Origin: Acidobacteriota bacterium
Lineage (GTDB): Bacteria; Acidobacteriota; Thermoanaerobaculia; UBA5066; Gp7-AA6
Assembly: GCA_020199905.1 (NCBI GenBank)
Contig: JAIVJS010000001.1
Span: forward strand, 61,069 to 125,068
Direction: 5' to 3'
Length of the DNA: 64,000 bases
This document shows, piece after piece, positions 18,632-27,515 of the stretch (the stretch's first letter is position 1; the number at the start of each line of letters is the position of its first letter). A model generated the notes under the pieces. That model had not been told where the DNA came from and ran no database searches. It saw only the letters and a list, made by a program, of their open reading frames with translations. A program made the translations under genes and the position numbers.

Positions 18632-20385
18632 GCCAGCCCGCGCCGGCGCCCGTGGATCCGCTTCTCACTTCGCCGGTCAAGACGCTCCTCTCCGGGGACG
18701 TTCCCGAGGACCTCGTCTTCCCATACCCCGCGATTCCGGCGGATGAGAAGGAGACGGTTTCCGCCTTCCTGGGGTCGTTCCGCGATTTCGCGAAGGACCA
18801 CGTCGATCCGGCCCGCTTCGACCGGGAGCACGGGATCGACGCGAAGGTCGTCCGCGGTCTCGCGGATCTCGGCGCCTTTGGAATGATCATCCCGGAGGCC
18901 TACGGCGGCTACGGCTTTTCTTCGAGCGCCTATTGCCGGGTGACCGAGGAGATCGGCCGGACGGACGCATCGCTCGGCATCCTGATCGGCGGGCACCAGT
19001 CGATCGGCCTGAAGGGCCTCATCCTCTTCGGGACCGAGGAGCAGAAAAAACGGTGGCTGCCGAAGCTCGCCGCGGGCGAGATGATCGCCGCCTTCGCCCT
19101 GACGGAGCCGGAGGCAGGCTCGGATGCGGCCTCGATCCGGACGACCGCGGAGTACGACGCGGCCACGGACACGTTCGTCTTGAATGGCAGCAAGCACTGG
19201 ATCTCCAACGGCGGTTTCGCGGAGTTCTTTACCGTGTTCGCGAAAGACGTGAAGCTCGACGCGAAGGACGAGCACCGCCGCATTACGGCGTTCGTCGTCA
19301 CGAAAGACCTCGGGGGGGTCGAGCCGGGGCCCGAGGAGAAGAAGCTCGGCCTCAAGGGCTCATCCACGGTGCCGCTCGAGCTGAAGAACGTGCGCGTTCC
19401 GGGGTCCCACCTGCTCGGGGAGCGGGGACAGGGCTTCCGCATCGCCGTCGAGATCCTCAACACCGGCCGGACGTCGCTCGGCGCCGGCTGCGTCGGCGGC
19501 TCCAAGCGAATGATCGAGCTCGCGGCGCGGCAGGCGACCTCGCGCCGGCAGTTTCAGACCCGTATCGCGGATTTCGAGATCATCCGGGCGAAGTTCGCGC
19601 GCATGGTCGTCAACACGTACGCGCTCGAGTCGATGGTGTACCTGACGGCGGGTCTCGTGGACCGCGGCCTCGCGGACTACTCGGTCGAGGGCGCGTGCTG
19701 CAAGATTTTCGGCACCGAGAGCGTCTGGCAGACGATCAACGACGCCCTGCAGATCGCGGGCGGCAACGGCTTCATGGAGGAGTATCCGTACGAGCGCGCC
19801 CTGCGGGACTCGCGCATCAACATGATCTTCGAAGGAACCAACGAGATCCTGCGAGTCCTGGTCGCCCTCTCCGGAATGAAGGAGATCGGCGAGGGGCTCC
19901 AGGAGGTCGGCCGCGCGTTGAAGGCCCCGCTCTCGTCGTTCGGGATCCTTTCCGACTACGCGGTGCGGCGCGTGCTGCGGACTCTCCCGGCGGGCCGCAT
20001 CAGCCGGGTGGCGCCTGCCCTGGCCCCGGAGGGCGAGGCCGTCGCGAGATACGCCATGGCGTGCGGGAGAGCCGTCGAGACGATCCTTCGCAAGTACGGC
20101 AAGGGCGTCCTGACGAAGGAGTACCACCACGAACGGCTGGCGAACGTGGGGATCGACCTCTACGCTTCGGTCGCGGTCCTCTCCCGCGCGACGTCGTCGA
20201 TCGAGGCGAAAGGCGAGGAGAAGTCGGCGGAAGAAATCCGGCTCGCCAGGATCTTCATCCGCGGAGCGCGCCACCGCGTCGTCGGGCAGTTGAAGGACAT
20301 AGATCGGAACCTCGACCCGGACGTCACCGCCGTTTCCGAGACGGCGTACGGCGCGCTCGGGTACGCCTTCCCGTACTGGGAGTGA
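18628..20385 (+). CDS. Acyl-CoA dehydrogenase family protein (about 586 aa, with C-terminal extension)
   Basis: The ATG overlaps the upstream stop (ATGA at 18628-18631). ACAD motifs present (LTEPEAGSDAASIRTTA...; QIAGGNGFMEEYPYERALRDSRI). Confidence 0.85.
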   Translation: MSQPAPAPVDPLLTSPVKTLLSGDVPEDLVFPYPAIPADEKETVSAFLGSFRDFAKDHVDPARFDREHGIDAKVVRGLADLGAFGMIIPEAYGGYGFSSSAYCRVTEEIGRTDASLGILIGGHQSIGLKGLILFGTEEQKKRWLPKLAAGEMIAAFALTEPEAGSDAASIRTTAEYDAATDTFVLNGSKHWISNGGFAEFFTVFAKDVKLDAKDEHRRITAFVVTKDLGGVEPGPEEKKLGLKGSSTVPLELKNVRVPGSHLLGERGQGFRIAVEILNTGRTSLGAGCVGGSKRMIELAARQATSRRQFQTRIADFEIIRAKFARMVVNTYALESMVYLTAGLVDRGLADYSVEGACCKIFGTESVWQTINDALQIAGGNGFMEEYPYERALRDSRINMIFEGTNEILRVLVALSGMKEIGEGLQEVGRALKAPLSSFGILSDYAVRRVLRTLPAGRISRVAPALAPEGEAVARYAMACGRAVETILRKYGKGVLTKEYHHERLANVGIDLYASVAVLSRATSSIEAKGEEKSAEEIRLARIFIRGARHRVVGQLKDIDRNLDPDVTAVSETAYGALGYAFPYWE

Positions 20386-21217
20386 GGCGTCCGGCGGGAA
20401 CCGAGGCGAACCGGTCGGGAACACCCCAGCCCCTGCCGGGAAAGACGCCCGCTTCGATAGCGCGCTCCACGTAATCGATCGCCTCGCGCACCGACGACTC
20501 GAGTCCCTTTCCGAGCGCGAGGTTCGCGGCGATCGCGGCGGAAAGCGTGCAGCCGGTCCCGTGGCGCGCCCGGCTCGTCGACCGCGGATGCTCGAAATCG
20601 ATGAAGCGCCGCCCGTCGAAGAGCAGGTCCCGGACGACGGCCCCGCGGCGGTGCCCGCCCTTGATGAGGACCGCGCGGGGACCCGCGTCGGCCAGGATCC
20701 CCGCGGCGAGCCGCAGGTCGCTCTGGTTGCGGATCGGAATCCCGGCGAGGGCCTCGGCCTCCGGGAGGTTCGGTGTGACGAGGTCGCAGAGCGGAAGCAG
20801 CGTCCGCCGGAGGAGCGGAATCGCGGCGGGGTCGAAGAGAGGAGAACGGTCCTTCGCGGCGAGGACCGGATCGAGCACGACGTTAGCCGGCGCGTGGAGG
20901 CGCAGGCCGGCCGCGACCGCCCGCAGGCGACGCGCGTCGTGCAGTGCCCCGATCTTCACCCCCGAGGGGCGGAAATCGGGGAAGACGGCGTCCATCTGCC
21001 GCCGGATGAACTGCGGAGAGAATGGCTCTACCGCGGAAATCCCTCGCGTGTTCTGCGCCGTGCCCGCCGTCAGCACGGACACTCCGTACACGCCGTGCGC
21101 CGCGAACGTGGCGAGGTCGGCCTGGATGCCCGCACCTCCGCCCGAATCCGAGGCGGCAATGGTCAGGGCGACGGGCGGGCGCGGCCGGCGGGAGTCGGTC
21201 GCCATTACAATCGTCAT
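20324..21217 (-). CDS. thiD: Hydroxymethylpyrimidine/phosphomethylpyrimidine kinase
   Basis: Begins MTIVMATDS...VALTIAASDSGGGAGIQADL (ThiD N-terminus). The first 93 codons of the track ORF (to 21496) have poor GC3 and lie antisense to a well-supported IscA-like gene, so I exclude them. The start could be off by up to 12 nt (MATDS). Confidence 0.8.
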   Translation of the reverse strand: MTIVMATDSRRPRPPVALTIAASDSGGGAGIQADLATFAAHGVYGVSVLTAGTAQNTRGISAVEPFSPQFIRRQMDAVFPDFRPSGVKIGALHDARRLRAVAAGLRLHAPANVVLDPVLAAKDRSPLFDPAAIPLLRRTLLPLCDLVTPNLPEAEALAGIPIRNQSDLRLAAGILADAGPRAVLIKGGHRRGAVVRDLLFDGRRFIDFEHPRSTSRARHGTGCTLSAAIAANLALGKGLESSVREAIDYVERAIEAGVFPGRGWGVPDRFASVPAGRLTPSTGRRTRARRTPSRKRR

Positions 21218-21220
21218 CCT

Positions 21221-21526
21221 ATGCCCGAGCCGCCCCTGACGATCACGCGCGACGCCGCCCGGAAACTGCGCACGGAGGCGGACTTTACCCGCGCGGTCCT
21301 CGCGGTCCGGCAGGTCCTCGGATGCGGGGGCAACGGCTACCGGATCTCGGTCGAGGAGAACGAGCCCGACGAGGGTCATCGCTTCGTCGCGGAAGGCATC
21401 CCGGTGGTGATGGACGACGTCTCGTTCACGCGCCTGCGCGGAGCGATCCTCGAGCTCGATCCGGATCCGGCGGGGGAGGGATACCGCCTCGACCATCCGG
21501 AAGCCGTGATGACGACATTCTGCTGA
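21221..21526 (+). CDS. IscA/HesB-family (Fe-S cluster insertion-like) protein lacking the C-terminal CGCG
   Basis: MPEPPLTITRDAARKL...LGCGGNGYRISVEENEPDEGHRFVAEGIPVVMDDVSFTRLRGAILELDPDPAGEGYRLDHPEA aligns along the length of E. coli IscA (ITLSDSAAARV...GCSGMAYVLEF...[28 protein letters not shown]...GFKFTNPN), up to the C-terminal CGCG which this protein lacks. High GC3. My hand indexing and the ORF track differ by 1 nt near 21230, so the start is +/-1. Confidence 0.5.
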   Translation: MPEPPLTITRDAARKLRTEADFTRAVLAVRQVLGCGGNGYRISVEENEPDEGHRFVAEGIPVVMDDVSFTRLRGAILELDPDPAGEGYRLDHPEAVMTTFC

Positions 21527-21630
21527 GAAGAAGTCGAGAGTCAGGAGATCAGAGTCGAGAGTAGAAGACCCGCCGGCGCGCCTGCGGATCCCTCCGGACT
21601 CTGAGCTCTCGACTCTCGACTGCCCCGTGC
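21527..21630 (+). repeat. Inverted pair of heptamer arrays (..GAGTCGAGAG.. / ..CTCTCGACTC..) around a GC-rich core, followed by a T-tract; candidate large terminator hairpin
   Basis: gagtcgagagtagaag ... ggactctgagctctcgactctcgactg ... cctcttttttcc; a 10-bp perfect inverted repeat flanked by further heptamers. Confidence 0.45.
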
Positions 21631-21639
21631 CTCTTTTTT

Positions 21640-22100
21640 CCTCGCTCTGGCTGTTCGTCGTGGCGTTTCTCGGGCTCGTCTCACGCCCGGGCCGGCCGTG
21701 CTCTACATCACAACCCGCTCGCTGAGCCAGGGCCGCGCCCGGCCGGCTTTTTCTCGGCGCTCGGCGTCGCGGTCGGATCCGTTGTCCACGTCGCGGCGGC
21801 GACGCTCGGTCTCTCCGCTCTTCTCGTCTTCTCCGCGCTCGCCTTCGAGCTCGTCCGATTCCTCGCAGCGGGTTACCTCATCTGGCTCGGCGTCCGGCGG
21901 ATCCTCTCGAAGGACGGCGACGAGAGCGCCGCCTCGCTGCCGAAGCGCCCGCTTGCCGCCGTGTTCCGCCAGGGGGCCGTCGTGAATCTGCTGAACCCGA
22001 AGACGACGCTCTTCTACACGATCGCGGCGGGTTCGCTCGGCGGCCGGCTGCTTGACCGGCCAGGGATTCTTTCCCGCGGCCGCTGCGTTTCAGACAGTGT
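21640..22100 (+). pseudogene. LysE/RhtB-family translocator remnant: frameshifted, no start codon, C-terminally truncated
   Basis: Across three frames the translation reads LFVVAFLGLVS / PGPAVLYITTRSLSQGR / ALGVAVGSVVHVAAATLGLSALLVFSALAFELVRFLAAGYLIWLGVRRILS...FRQGAVVNLLNPKTTLFY. This matches RhtB (LSPGSG...LKWAGAAYLIWLGIQQWR...FQRAVFVNLTNPKSIVF). After the NPK motif similarity decays, and the convergent ABC gene ends at 22183. Confidence 0.55.
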
Positions 22101-22182
22101 GTCTATCCGGCTCGGCCCGGCCACGGCCTTCGGAGCGAGCGGGACGCTAAGAGTCAAGAGTTGAGGATCGAACTCTCGCCTC

Positions 22183-22950
22183 TCAACTCCTGACGCTCAA
22201 CTTCTCCTCCAGCAGCTCCTTCGTCGCCGCGTGCTGCGGGTTCGTCAGCACGGACGACGGATCGCCTTCCTCCGCGACCCGGCCCGCCGCGAGGACGACC
22301 ACGCGGTCGGCGAATCGGCGCGCGAACTCCGCGTCGTGGGTCGTGACGAGAAGGCCGCGGCCCTCCCCGGCCAGCGAGCGGAGGACTTCTCCGAGGGCTC
22401 CGCGGCGCGCCGGATCCAGGGAGGCGGTGGGCTCATCCATCAGGAGAAGCGGCGGGTCGACGGCGAGAGCGCGGGCGATCGCGACCCGCTGCGCTTCACC
22501 GCCGGAAAGCTCGCGGGGGTACGCCGAGGCCCGGTGCCCGACGCCGAGAGACTCGAGGAGATCGACGCTCCGGGCGCGGGCTTCCTCGGCCGTGCGCCCA
22601 TGCGCGTAGACAGGAGCGAGTGTGGTATTGGCGAGGGCGGTCAGATGCTCGAACAGGGCATGCGCCTGAAAGACCATGCCGGCGCGCCGGCGCAGCTCCT
22701 TGAGGCGCGACTCCGGCGGCACGGGCCCGGGACGAAGCTCGAAGCCCTCCACGCCGATCCTCCCTCCGTCGAAGGCCTCGAGAGCGACGGCGGCCCGGAG
22801 CACGGTCGTTTTGCCGGAGCCCGAGAGCCCCATCAGGACGCAGACCTCGCCGCGGTCCACCGTCAGGTCGACCCCGTCGAGCACGCGACGGTCTCCGCGC
22901 ACGAGGCGCAGGTTGCGGACTTCGAGCAGGGCGTTTCGGCCTGCGCTCAC
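22183..22950 (-). CDS. Amino-acid ABC transporter ATP-binding protein
   Basis: Walker A GLSGSGKTT; ABC signature LSGGEAQRVAIARAL; Walker B LLLMDEPT. The GTG start overlaps the permease stop (GTGA). Confidence 0.8.
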   Translation of the reverse strand: MSAGRNALLEVRNLRLVRGDRRVLDGVDLTVDRGEVCVLMGLSGSGKTTVLRAAVALEAFDGGRIGVEGFELRPGPVPPESRLKELRRRAGMVFQAHALFEHLTALANTTLAPVYAHGRTAEEARARSVDLLESLGVGHRASAYPRELSGGEAQRVAIARALAVDPPLLLMDEPTASLDPARRGALGEVLRSLAGEGRGLLVTTHDAEFARRFADRVVVLAAGRVAEEGDPSSVLTNPQHAATKELLEEKLSVRS

Positions 22951-24467
22951 GAGGGTGCGCTCCAGCGCCGCTCGAGGGCGCGGGCCAGGCGCGACAGCGG
23001 GAGAGACAGCAGCAGATAGAGGGCGGCGCACAGCGCGCCCGGCACGACCCAGCTCCCGATGTTCGCCGCGAAGATCGAGGTCTCTTTTGTCAGCTCGACG
23101 ACGGTGATGACGGAAACGAGCGAGGAGTCCTTCAGGAGGGCGACGAAGTCGTTGGTCATCGGCGCGAGCGCGAGGCGAAAGGCCTGCGGGCCGCGGACGA
23201 GTCTCAGGATCAGCCATTCGGTGAGTCCCAGGGTCCGGGCCGCCTCGAGCTGGGAACGGGAGACGGCCTCGAGGGCGCCCCGGTAGATCTCGCTCTCATA
23301 CGCCGCGTAATTCAAGCCGAGGCCGAGCAGCGCCGCCGCGAACGCCGGAAGGCGCACGACCGCCGAGAGGCCGTAGTAGAGAACGAAGAGCTGCAGAAGC
23401 ACGGGAGTCCCGCGGACCACCTCGACATACACGGTGAAGAGGGCCTTGACGACCGGGCCTCCGTAGATGCGGCCGCTCGCCAGCACGACACCCGCGGCGA
23501 CTGCGAGGGCCATGGCGAGGCACGAGAGGAGAAGCGTGACGAGCGCCGCCCGCAGGAGCGCCGGAAGATAGGCCGCGACGCGGGCGCCGGCCGACCCCGG
23601 AAGACGCGCGGCGGACGCCGTGGACGGAGTCGGCCCTGGAGTCGATGCGGGCGCGGCGCTCTCCGCGAGGACGCGCTCGAAAAGCACGGGCTGCGCCTCG
23701 TCCCAGACGTTCCAGCGGCGGAGGATCTGCTCGAGAGCTCCGTCCCGCATCGCCCCTTTGAGCATTCCGTCGATACGGTCGCGCAAAGCGGTGTTTCTCT
23801 TCGCCAGCACGCCGACGTAGCGGCCCGTCGCGACGGCGTCGGGCTGCATCGTGAGGCCCGAGACGTGGCGCAGCGCGCGCTGCGCGATGATGTGGTCGAG
23901 CAGGACGGCATCGACGCGGCCTTCCGCCAGGTCTCCGTAGGGATGCACGTCGTCGTCGTAGCTGACGAGCTCGAGAGCGCCCGCCGCCCGCCGCGCGGAC
24001 AGAAGATCGTAGGCGAGGGTGCCGGAGAGCGTTCCGACCCGGCGGCCTCGCAGGTCGGCGAGACTGCGAAACCGCGTCCGGTCGGCCGTCCTGACCGTCA
24101 GGACCTCGCGGAACTCGAAGTAAGGAACCGTCAGCGCGTGCGCCGCGCGCCGGGCGGGAAGGTCCTCGACGCCGGACAGCCCGAGAACGAAGTCGCCTCT
24201 CTCGACGGACGCGTCGATCGAAGTGAAGGCCACCTGGACGAAATGCGGAGGCCTGCCGAGCGCGCGGGCAATCATCGCGGCGATCTCGACGTCCATTCCC
24301 CGGACGACGGAGGGGTCTCGCGGGTCGGCCTCCACGAAAGGGGCTCCTCCCTCGGCGTCCCCGCCCCAGCGAAACGTCTCCGCCGGAGAGGCGGGCAGCG
24401 CGGCGGCGGCGCTTCCGAGCAGGAAGGCGGCGATCAGCGCGGCGGCGGCCGGCGCTTTCCGAACGAT
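22947..24467 (-). CDS. Fused periplasmic solute-binding domain + permease of a polar amino-acid ABC transporter
   Basis: Signal peptide (KAPAAAALIAAFLLGSAAAALPA), a family-3 binding-protein domain, then the permease domain with the EAA-like loop (LEAARTLGLTEWLILRLV). No canonical start codon lies between the rhomboid stop and the signal peptide. The nearest in-frame GTG is at 24581, which overlaps the rhomboid 3' end. Confidence 0.65.
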   Translation of the reverse strand: MVRKAPAAAALIAAFLLGSAAAALPASPAETFRWGGDAEGGAPFVEADPRDPSVVRGMDVEIAAMIARALGRPPHFVQVAFTSIDASVERGDFVLGLSGVEDLPARRAAHALTVPYFEFREVLTVRTADRTRFRSLADLRGRRVGTLSGTLAYDLLSARRAAGALELVSYDDDVHPYGDLAEGRVDAVLLDHIIAQRALRHVSGLTMQPDAVATGRYVGVLAKRNTALRDRIDGMLKGAMRDGALEQILRRWNVWDEAQPVLFERVLAESAAPASTPGPTPSTASAARLPGSAGARVAAYLPALLRAALVTLLLSCLAMALAVAAGVVLASGRIYGGPVVKALFTVYVEVVRGTPVLLQLFVLYYGLSAVVRLPAFAAALLGLGLNYAAYESEIYRGALEAVSRSQLEAARTLGLTEWLILRLVRGPQAFRLALAPMTNDFVALLKDSSLVSVITVVELTKETSIFAANIGSWVVPGALCAALYLLLSLPLSRLARALERRWSAPS

Positions 24468-24487
24468 CGGGGAACGAGGCGCGCCGG

Positions 24488-25183
24488 CTACGGCAACACC
24501 GTCCGCGGCAGACTGCGCTCCCGACGCAGGAAGGCCCAGAACGTCAGGATCCCGGCGGCGAACCCCCCGATGTGCGCCCACCAGGCGATCCCCGAAGCCT
24601 GGCTCGACGCGGCGAGCGTGCCGCTGAAGAACTGGATCAGGAACCAGAAGCCGAGATAGACCCACGCGGGGACTTCGAAGAACACGGGCCAGAAGACGAT
24701 CAGGAACAACGCATGGATCCTCGCGCGGGGATAGAGGACGAAATAAGCGCCCATGACTCCCGCGATCGCGCCGGAGGCCCCGACCGCCGGCACGCGGGAA
24801 CCCGGATTCGTCAGGACGTGGATCAGGCCGGCCGCGATTCCGCAACCCAGGTAGAAGACGACGAACTTCAGCGGGCCCATCCGATCTTCGACGTTGTCGC
24901 CGAAAATCCACAGCGCCCACATGTTTCCGATGACGTGCAGCCATCCGCCGTGAAGGAACATCGTCGTCAAAAACGGAACGTACGTGTGGGGAAACCCGAC
25001 GTCGGCGGCCCAGCCCGGGTCCGTGAACCGGGCCGGGATGATCCCGAAGAGGGCGATCATCTGGTCCGTCGCGCCGGCCGGCAGGGACAGCTCGCGGAAG
25101 AAAAAGAAGAAGTTGAGCGCGATGATCGCCCACGTCGCGATCGGAACGTGCCGGCTCGGAATGTTGTCGCGGATCGGAAACAT
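24488..25183 (-). CDS. Rhomboid family intramembrane serine protease
   Basis: ATG at 25183 (MFPIRDNIPSRHVPIATWAIIALNFFFFF). GxSG catalytic motif (VGASGAIAGVMGAYF) and the catalytic His (WAHIGGFAAGI). The Arg-rich N-terminal portion of the track ORF is rejected. Confidence 0.75.
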   Translation of the reverse strand: MFPIRDNIPSRHVPIATWAIIALNFFFFFRELSLPAGATDQMIALFGIIPARFTDPGWAADVGFPHTYVPFLTTMFLHGGWLHVIGNMWALWIFGDNVEDRMGPLKFVVFYLGCGIAAGLIHVLTNPGSRVPAVGASGAIAGVMGAYFVLYPRARIHALFLIVFWPVFFEVPAWVYLGFWFLIQFFSGTLAASSQASGIAWWAHIGGFAAGILTFWAFLRRERSLPRTVLP

Positions 25184-25230
25184 CTTCGGTGTTCGCCGGC
25201 CGGGAAGGCCGGCCCCGGCGGTCTGGCGGG

Positions 25231-25686
25231 CTATTTCTCCGCTGCCCGAGCGGCGAGCGGCGGCCGCACGCGGAGAAGCTCGTTGACCAGGAAGAGCGGA
25301 CCGATCAGCAGGTGGACGAGATTCCGAAGAAACGCCGGCGCCTTCTTCTCGTAGCGCGCGTGGCCGATCCCCTGAAAGATCCAGCCCACCACGAATGCGG
25401 CGAGCCCGACCTTCCAGCTGTCCGTCGCATGAGCGGCGAGATCGAGCAGGGCTTCGGGCACGAGCAACGCCACGGCGAGCGGAAGGTCCAGGGCGGCGTA
25501 GAACACGAAGGCCGCAGCAATGAGCGCCTCGGCCGCCGTCCATCCGGCGAGGGGGAGCGGGGCCAGGCGGAGGAACGAAAGGATCCCGAAGACGATCAGG
25601 GGAACCCCGACGGCGTGGCACGCGAAGTTGCCCCGCGTCCGGTGATATGACCCGTACTCCGCCAGCAGAGCGTCGACGCGTTTCAT
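25231..25686 (-). CDS. DUF962 (Mpo1/YGL010w-like) membrane protein
   Basis: Starts MKRVDALLAEYGSYHRTRGNFACHAVGVPLIVFGI; four hydrophobic segments. Confidence 0.6.
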   Translation of the reverse strand: MKRVDALLAEYGSYHRTRGNFACHAVGVPLIVFGILSFLRLAPLPLAGWTAAEALIAAAFVFYAALDLPLAVALLVPEALLDLAAHATDSWKVGLAAFVVGWIFQGIGHARYEKKAPAFLRNLVHLLIGPLFLVNELLRVRPPLAARAAEK

Positions 25687-25710
25687 GCGACGGCGCGGAT
25701 TATAGAGCCG

Positions 25711-26865
25711 TCACTCGACGCGCAGCAGGAGCCGCCGCTGCCGGTCTCCCGGCGTGAACCGCAGCGAAAGCAGGGAGGGAATCTCCTCCTTCCGGGCGTC
25801 CGCCGCGGCTTCCTGAGCCGCCGCCGGTTTCTCGGAAGCGACCTGGCGGACGCGTCCCGCCGCGTCGACGACGAGTATGAAGCTGCGTCCGCGGAGCGAC
25901 GCGGGCACGTCGACGTCGCGCGGTGCCAGGAGATCGGGCGGCGACCCGGCGCCGTCCGCCTGCGCGACGACCAGCCGCACCGGCCGGGAGGCTCCATCCC
26001 CGAACCCGGCGGCGGCGCCCTCCCCGCCCGCCCGCTCGGACGCGCGCAACGAGGGCTTCGACGCGATCGCCTCCGTCGGCGCCTGCGCGGCGGCGGCCGA
26101 TGGCATCGAAGGCGCGGCGTTCTTCGAGGCGAGGCGCGGCGGGCCGGCCGCGGCATCCTTCTCGGCCTCGGCCGCGATCTGCTTCTCGCGCATCGGCTCG
26201 GCGGCGAATTCGTCCCGGCGTTCCTTGTCCTTCTTGAGCTCCGATGGCGCGGCCGCCATCTTGCCCTGCGCCTCCTCGCGCTGCCGCACGGCGCCGGCGC
26301 CGCCAGACGCCGCCGCCGCTCGCCGGCTCGTCAGGCGGGGAGACCGCGCGGCCTCTTCCCGGAGCGGCTCGGGAGCGGAAGGAGCCTGCGGCGCCGCCGC
26401 GGAGGGTGCGGCCGGCTCCACAACTGAGGGAGTTCCCGGTGCCCCGGCGGCGGGCTTGCGCCCCGGGACCACCGAAATCGGGATCGCCTCGTCGCGCGAG
26501 AGGCGGCGCTCCGTCGCCTCGTTCTTCGCCACGATCGCCGAGCCGACGATCGTCGCGATGACCGCCGCCGCGAACGCGCCCGCCCATCGGAGGTCGATGC
26601 CGAAGGTCACCCCGAAGGGGGGTCTCCTCGCCGGGCGCGACTGCAGCTTTCTCAGGATGCGGGCGGCCAGGTCCGGAGACGCGGGGCTCGGATGGCTCGA
26701 GCGGTACAGCGCGAGCGCGGCCTCGAACTCCGCCGCCGCCCCGCGGCATTCGACGCAATGGGCGCGGTGCGACTCGAAGTGCGCCCGCTCGGCGGGGGAG
26801 AGCTCCCCGTCGTGGAGCCGAGACAGGAATTCGGCGGACCGGCCGGGATGCGAGCCGGCCGTCAT
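25711..26865 (-). CDS. Anti-sigma factor (zinc-finger HxxxCxxC type) with TM helix and a long Ala/Pro-rich periplasmic region
   Basis: HFESHRAHCVECR motif near the N-terminus; TM segment WAGAFAAAVIATIVGSAIVA. The start overlaps the sigma gene's stop (ATGA at 26862-26865). Confidence 0.7.
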   Translation of the reverse strand: MTAGSHPGRSAEFLSRLHDGELSPAERAHFESHRAHCVECRGAAAEFEAALALYRSSHPSPASPDLAARILRKLQSRPARRPPFGVTFGIDLRWAGAFAAAVIATIVGSAIVAKNEATERRLSRDEAIPISVVPGRKPAAGAPGTPSVVEPAAPSAAAPQAPSAPEPLREEAARSPRLTSRRAAAASGGAGAVRQREEAQGKMAAAPSELKKDKERRDEFAAEPMREKQIAAEAEKDAAAGPPRLASKNAAPSMPSAAAAQAPTEAIASKPSLRASERAGGEGAAAGFGDGASRPVRLVVAQADGAGSPPDLLAPRDVDVPASLRGRSFILVVDAAGRVRQVASEKPAAAQEAAADARKEEIPSLLSLRFTPGDRQRRLLLRVE

Positions 26866-27515
26866 GGCGAAAACCCCGGCGCGAGCCGCGGCGCGAGCAG
26901 CACCTTCAGCTGGGCACGGCCGCGCGCGATCCTGGATTTGACGGTTCCGAGAGGCAGGTCGAGTGACACGGCAATCTCCTCATAGCTCCACTCTTCGAGG
27001 TCCCTCAGGACGACCGGCATGCGGAAGTCCGCCGGCAGCCGGGAAAGAGCCTCCGTCACGAACGCGCGCGACTCGTTCGACCTCGCGTTCTCCTCCGGCC
27101 CCGCGGCGGTTTCCGTGGCCGCCGGCGCAGCCTCGTCGTCCGAGCTGCCGGCGAAGATGCGGCGGAAGCGCCCCCGCGCCCGATAGCGATTCTTGACGGC
27201 ATTGTCGGCGATCGAGGCCAGCCACGCCCGGGGCGGCGCCTCGTTGCGGAATCGGGAGACGCCCCGGTACGCTTTCAACAGAACTTCCTGGGTCATGTCG
27301 TCGGCCTCCTGTTCTCCGACGGCGCGCGCCATCCAGCGGTGCACCGTCGCGGTATGCCGCACGACGAACTCGGAAAAGGCATCCTCCTCGCCCGACTGAG
27401 CGAGGAGGATCAGACGCTCGTCCGAGAGACTCGGAAGGCTCTCAGCGGTCGCGGTGCGGGTCGGGAGCGTACTCCCGCTCGAAACCGCGTCCCCGATCTC
27501 GGGCATACAGCTCAT
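26862..27515 (-). CDS. ECF RNA polymerase sigma factor
   Basis: Region 2 (LSDERLILLAQSGEEDAFSEFVVRHTATVHRWMARAV...EVLLKAYRGVSRFRNE) and region 4 (VVLRDLEEWSYEEIAVSLDLPLGTVKSRIARGRAQL). Start is ATG 27515 or 27506. The first 65 codons of the track ORF are rejected as an overlap artefact. Confidence 0.8.
   Translation of the reverse strand: MSCMPEIGDAVSSGSTLPTRTATAESLPSLSDERLILLAQSGEEDAFSEFVVRHTATVHRWMARAVGEQEADDMTQEVLLKAYRGVSRFRNEAPPRAWLASIADNAVKNRYRARGRFRRIFAGSSDDEAAPAATETAAGPEENARSNESRAFVTEALSRLPADFRMPVVLRDLEEWSYEEIAVSLDLPLGTVKSRIARGRAQLKVLLAPRLAPGFSP

Noticed and set aside
20324-21496. N-terminal 93 codons of track ORF 20324..21496 (extended thiD)
   Set aside because: Poor GC3 and odd composition. 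The same DNA on the plus strand encodes a well-aligned IscA/HesB-like protein with high GC3.
25700-26941. Track ORFs 25700..26758(-), 25877..26941(+), 25923..26237(+), 26244..26561(+)
   Set aside because: Alternate frames of the Ala/Pro-rich anti-sigma gene. Repetitive Arg/Ala/Pro translations.
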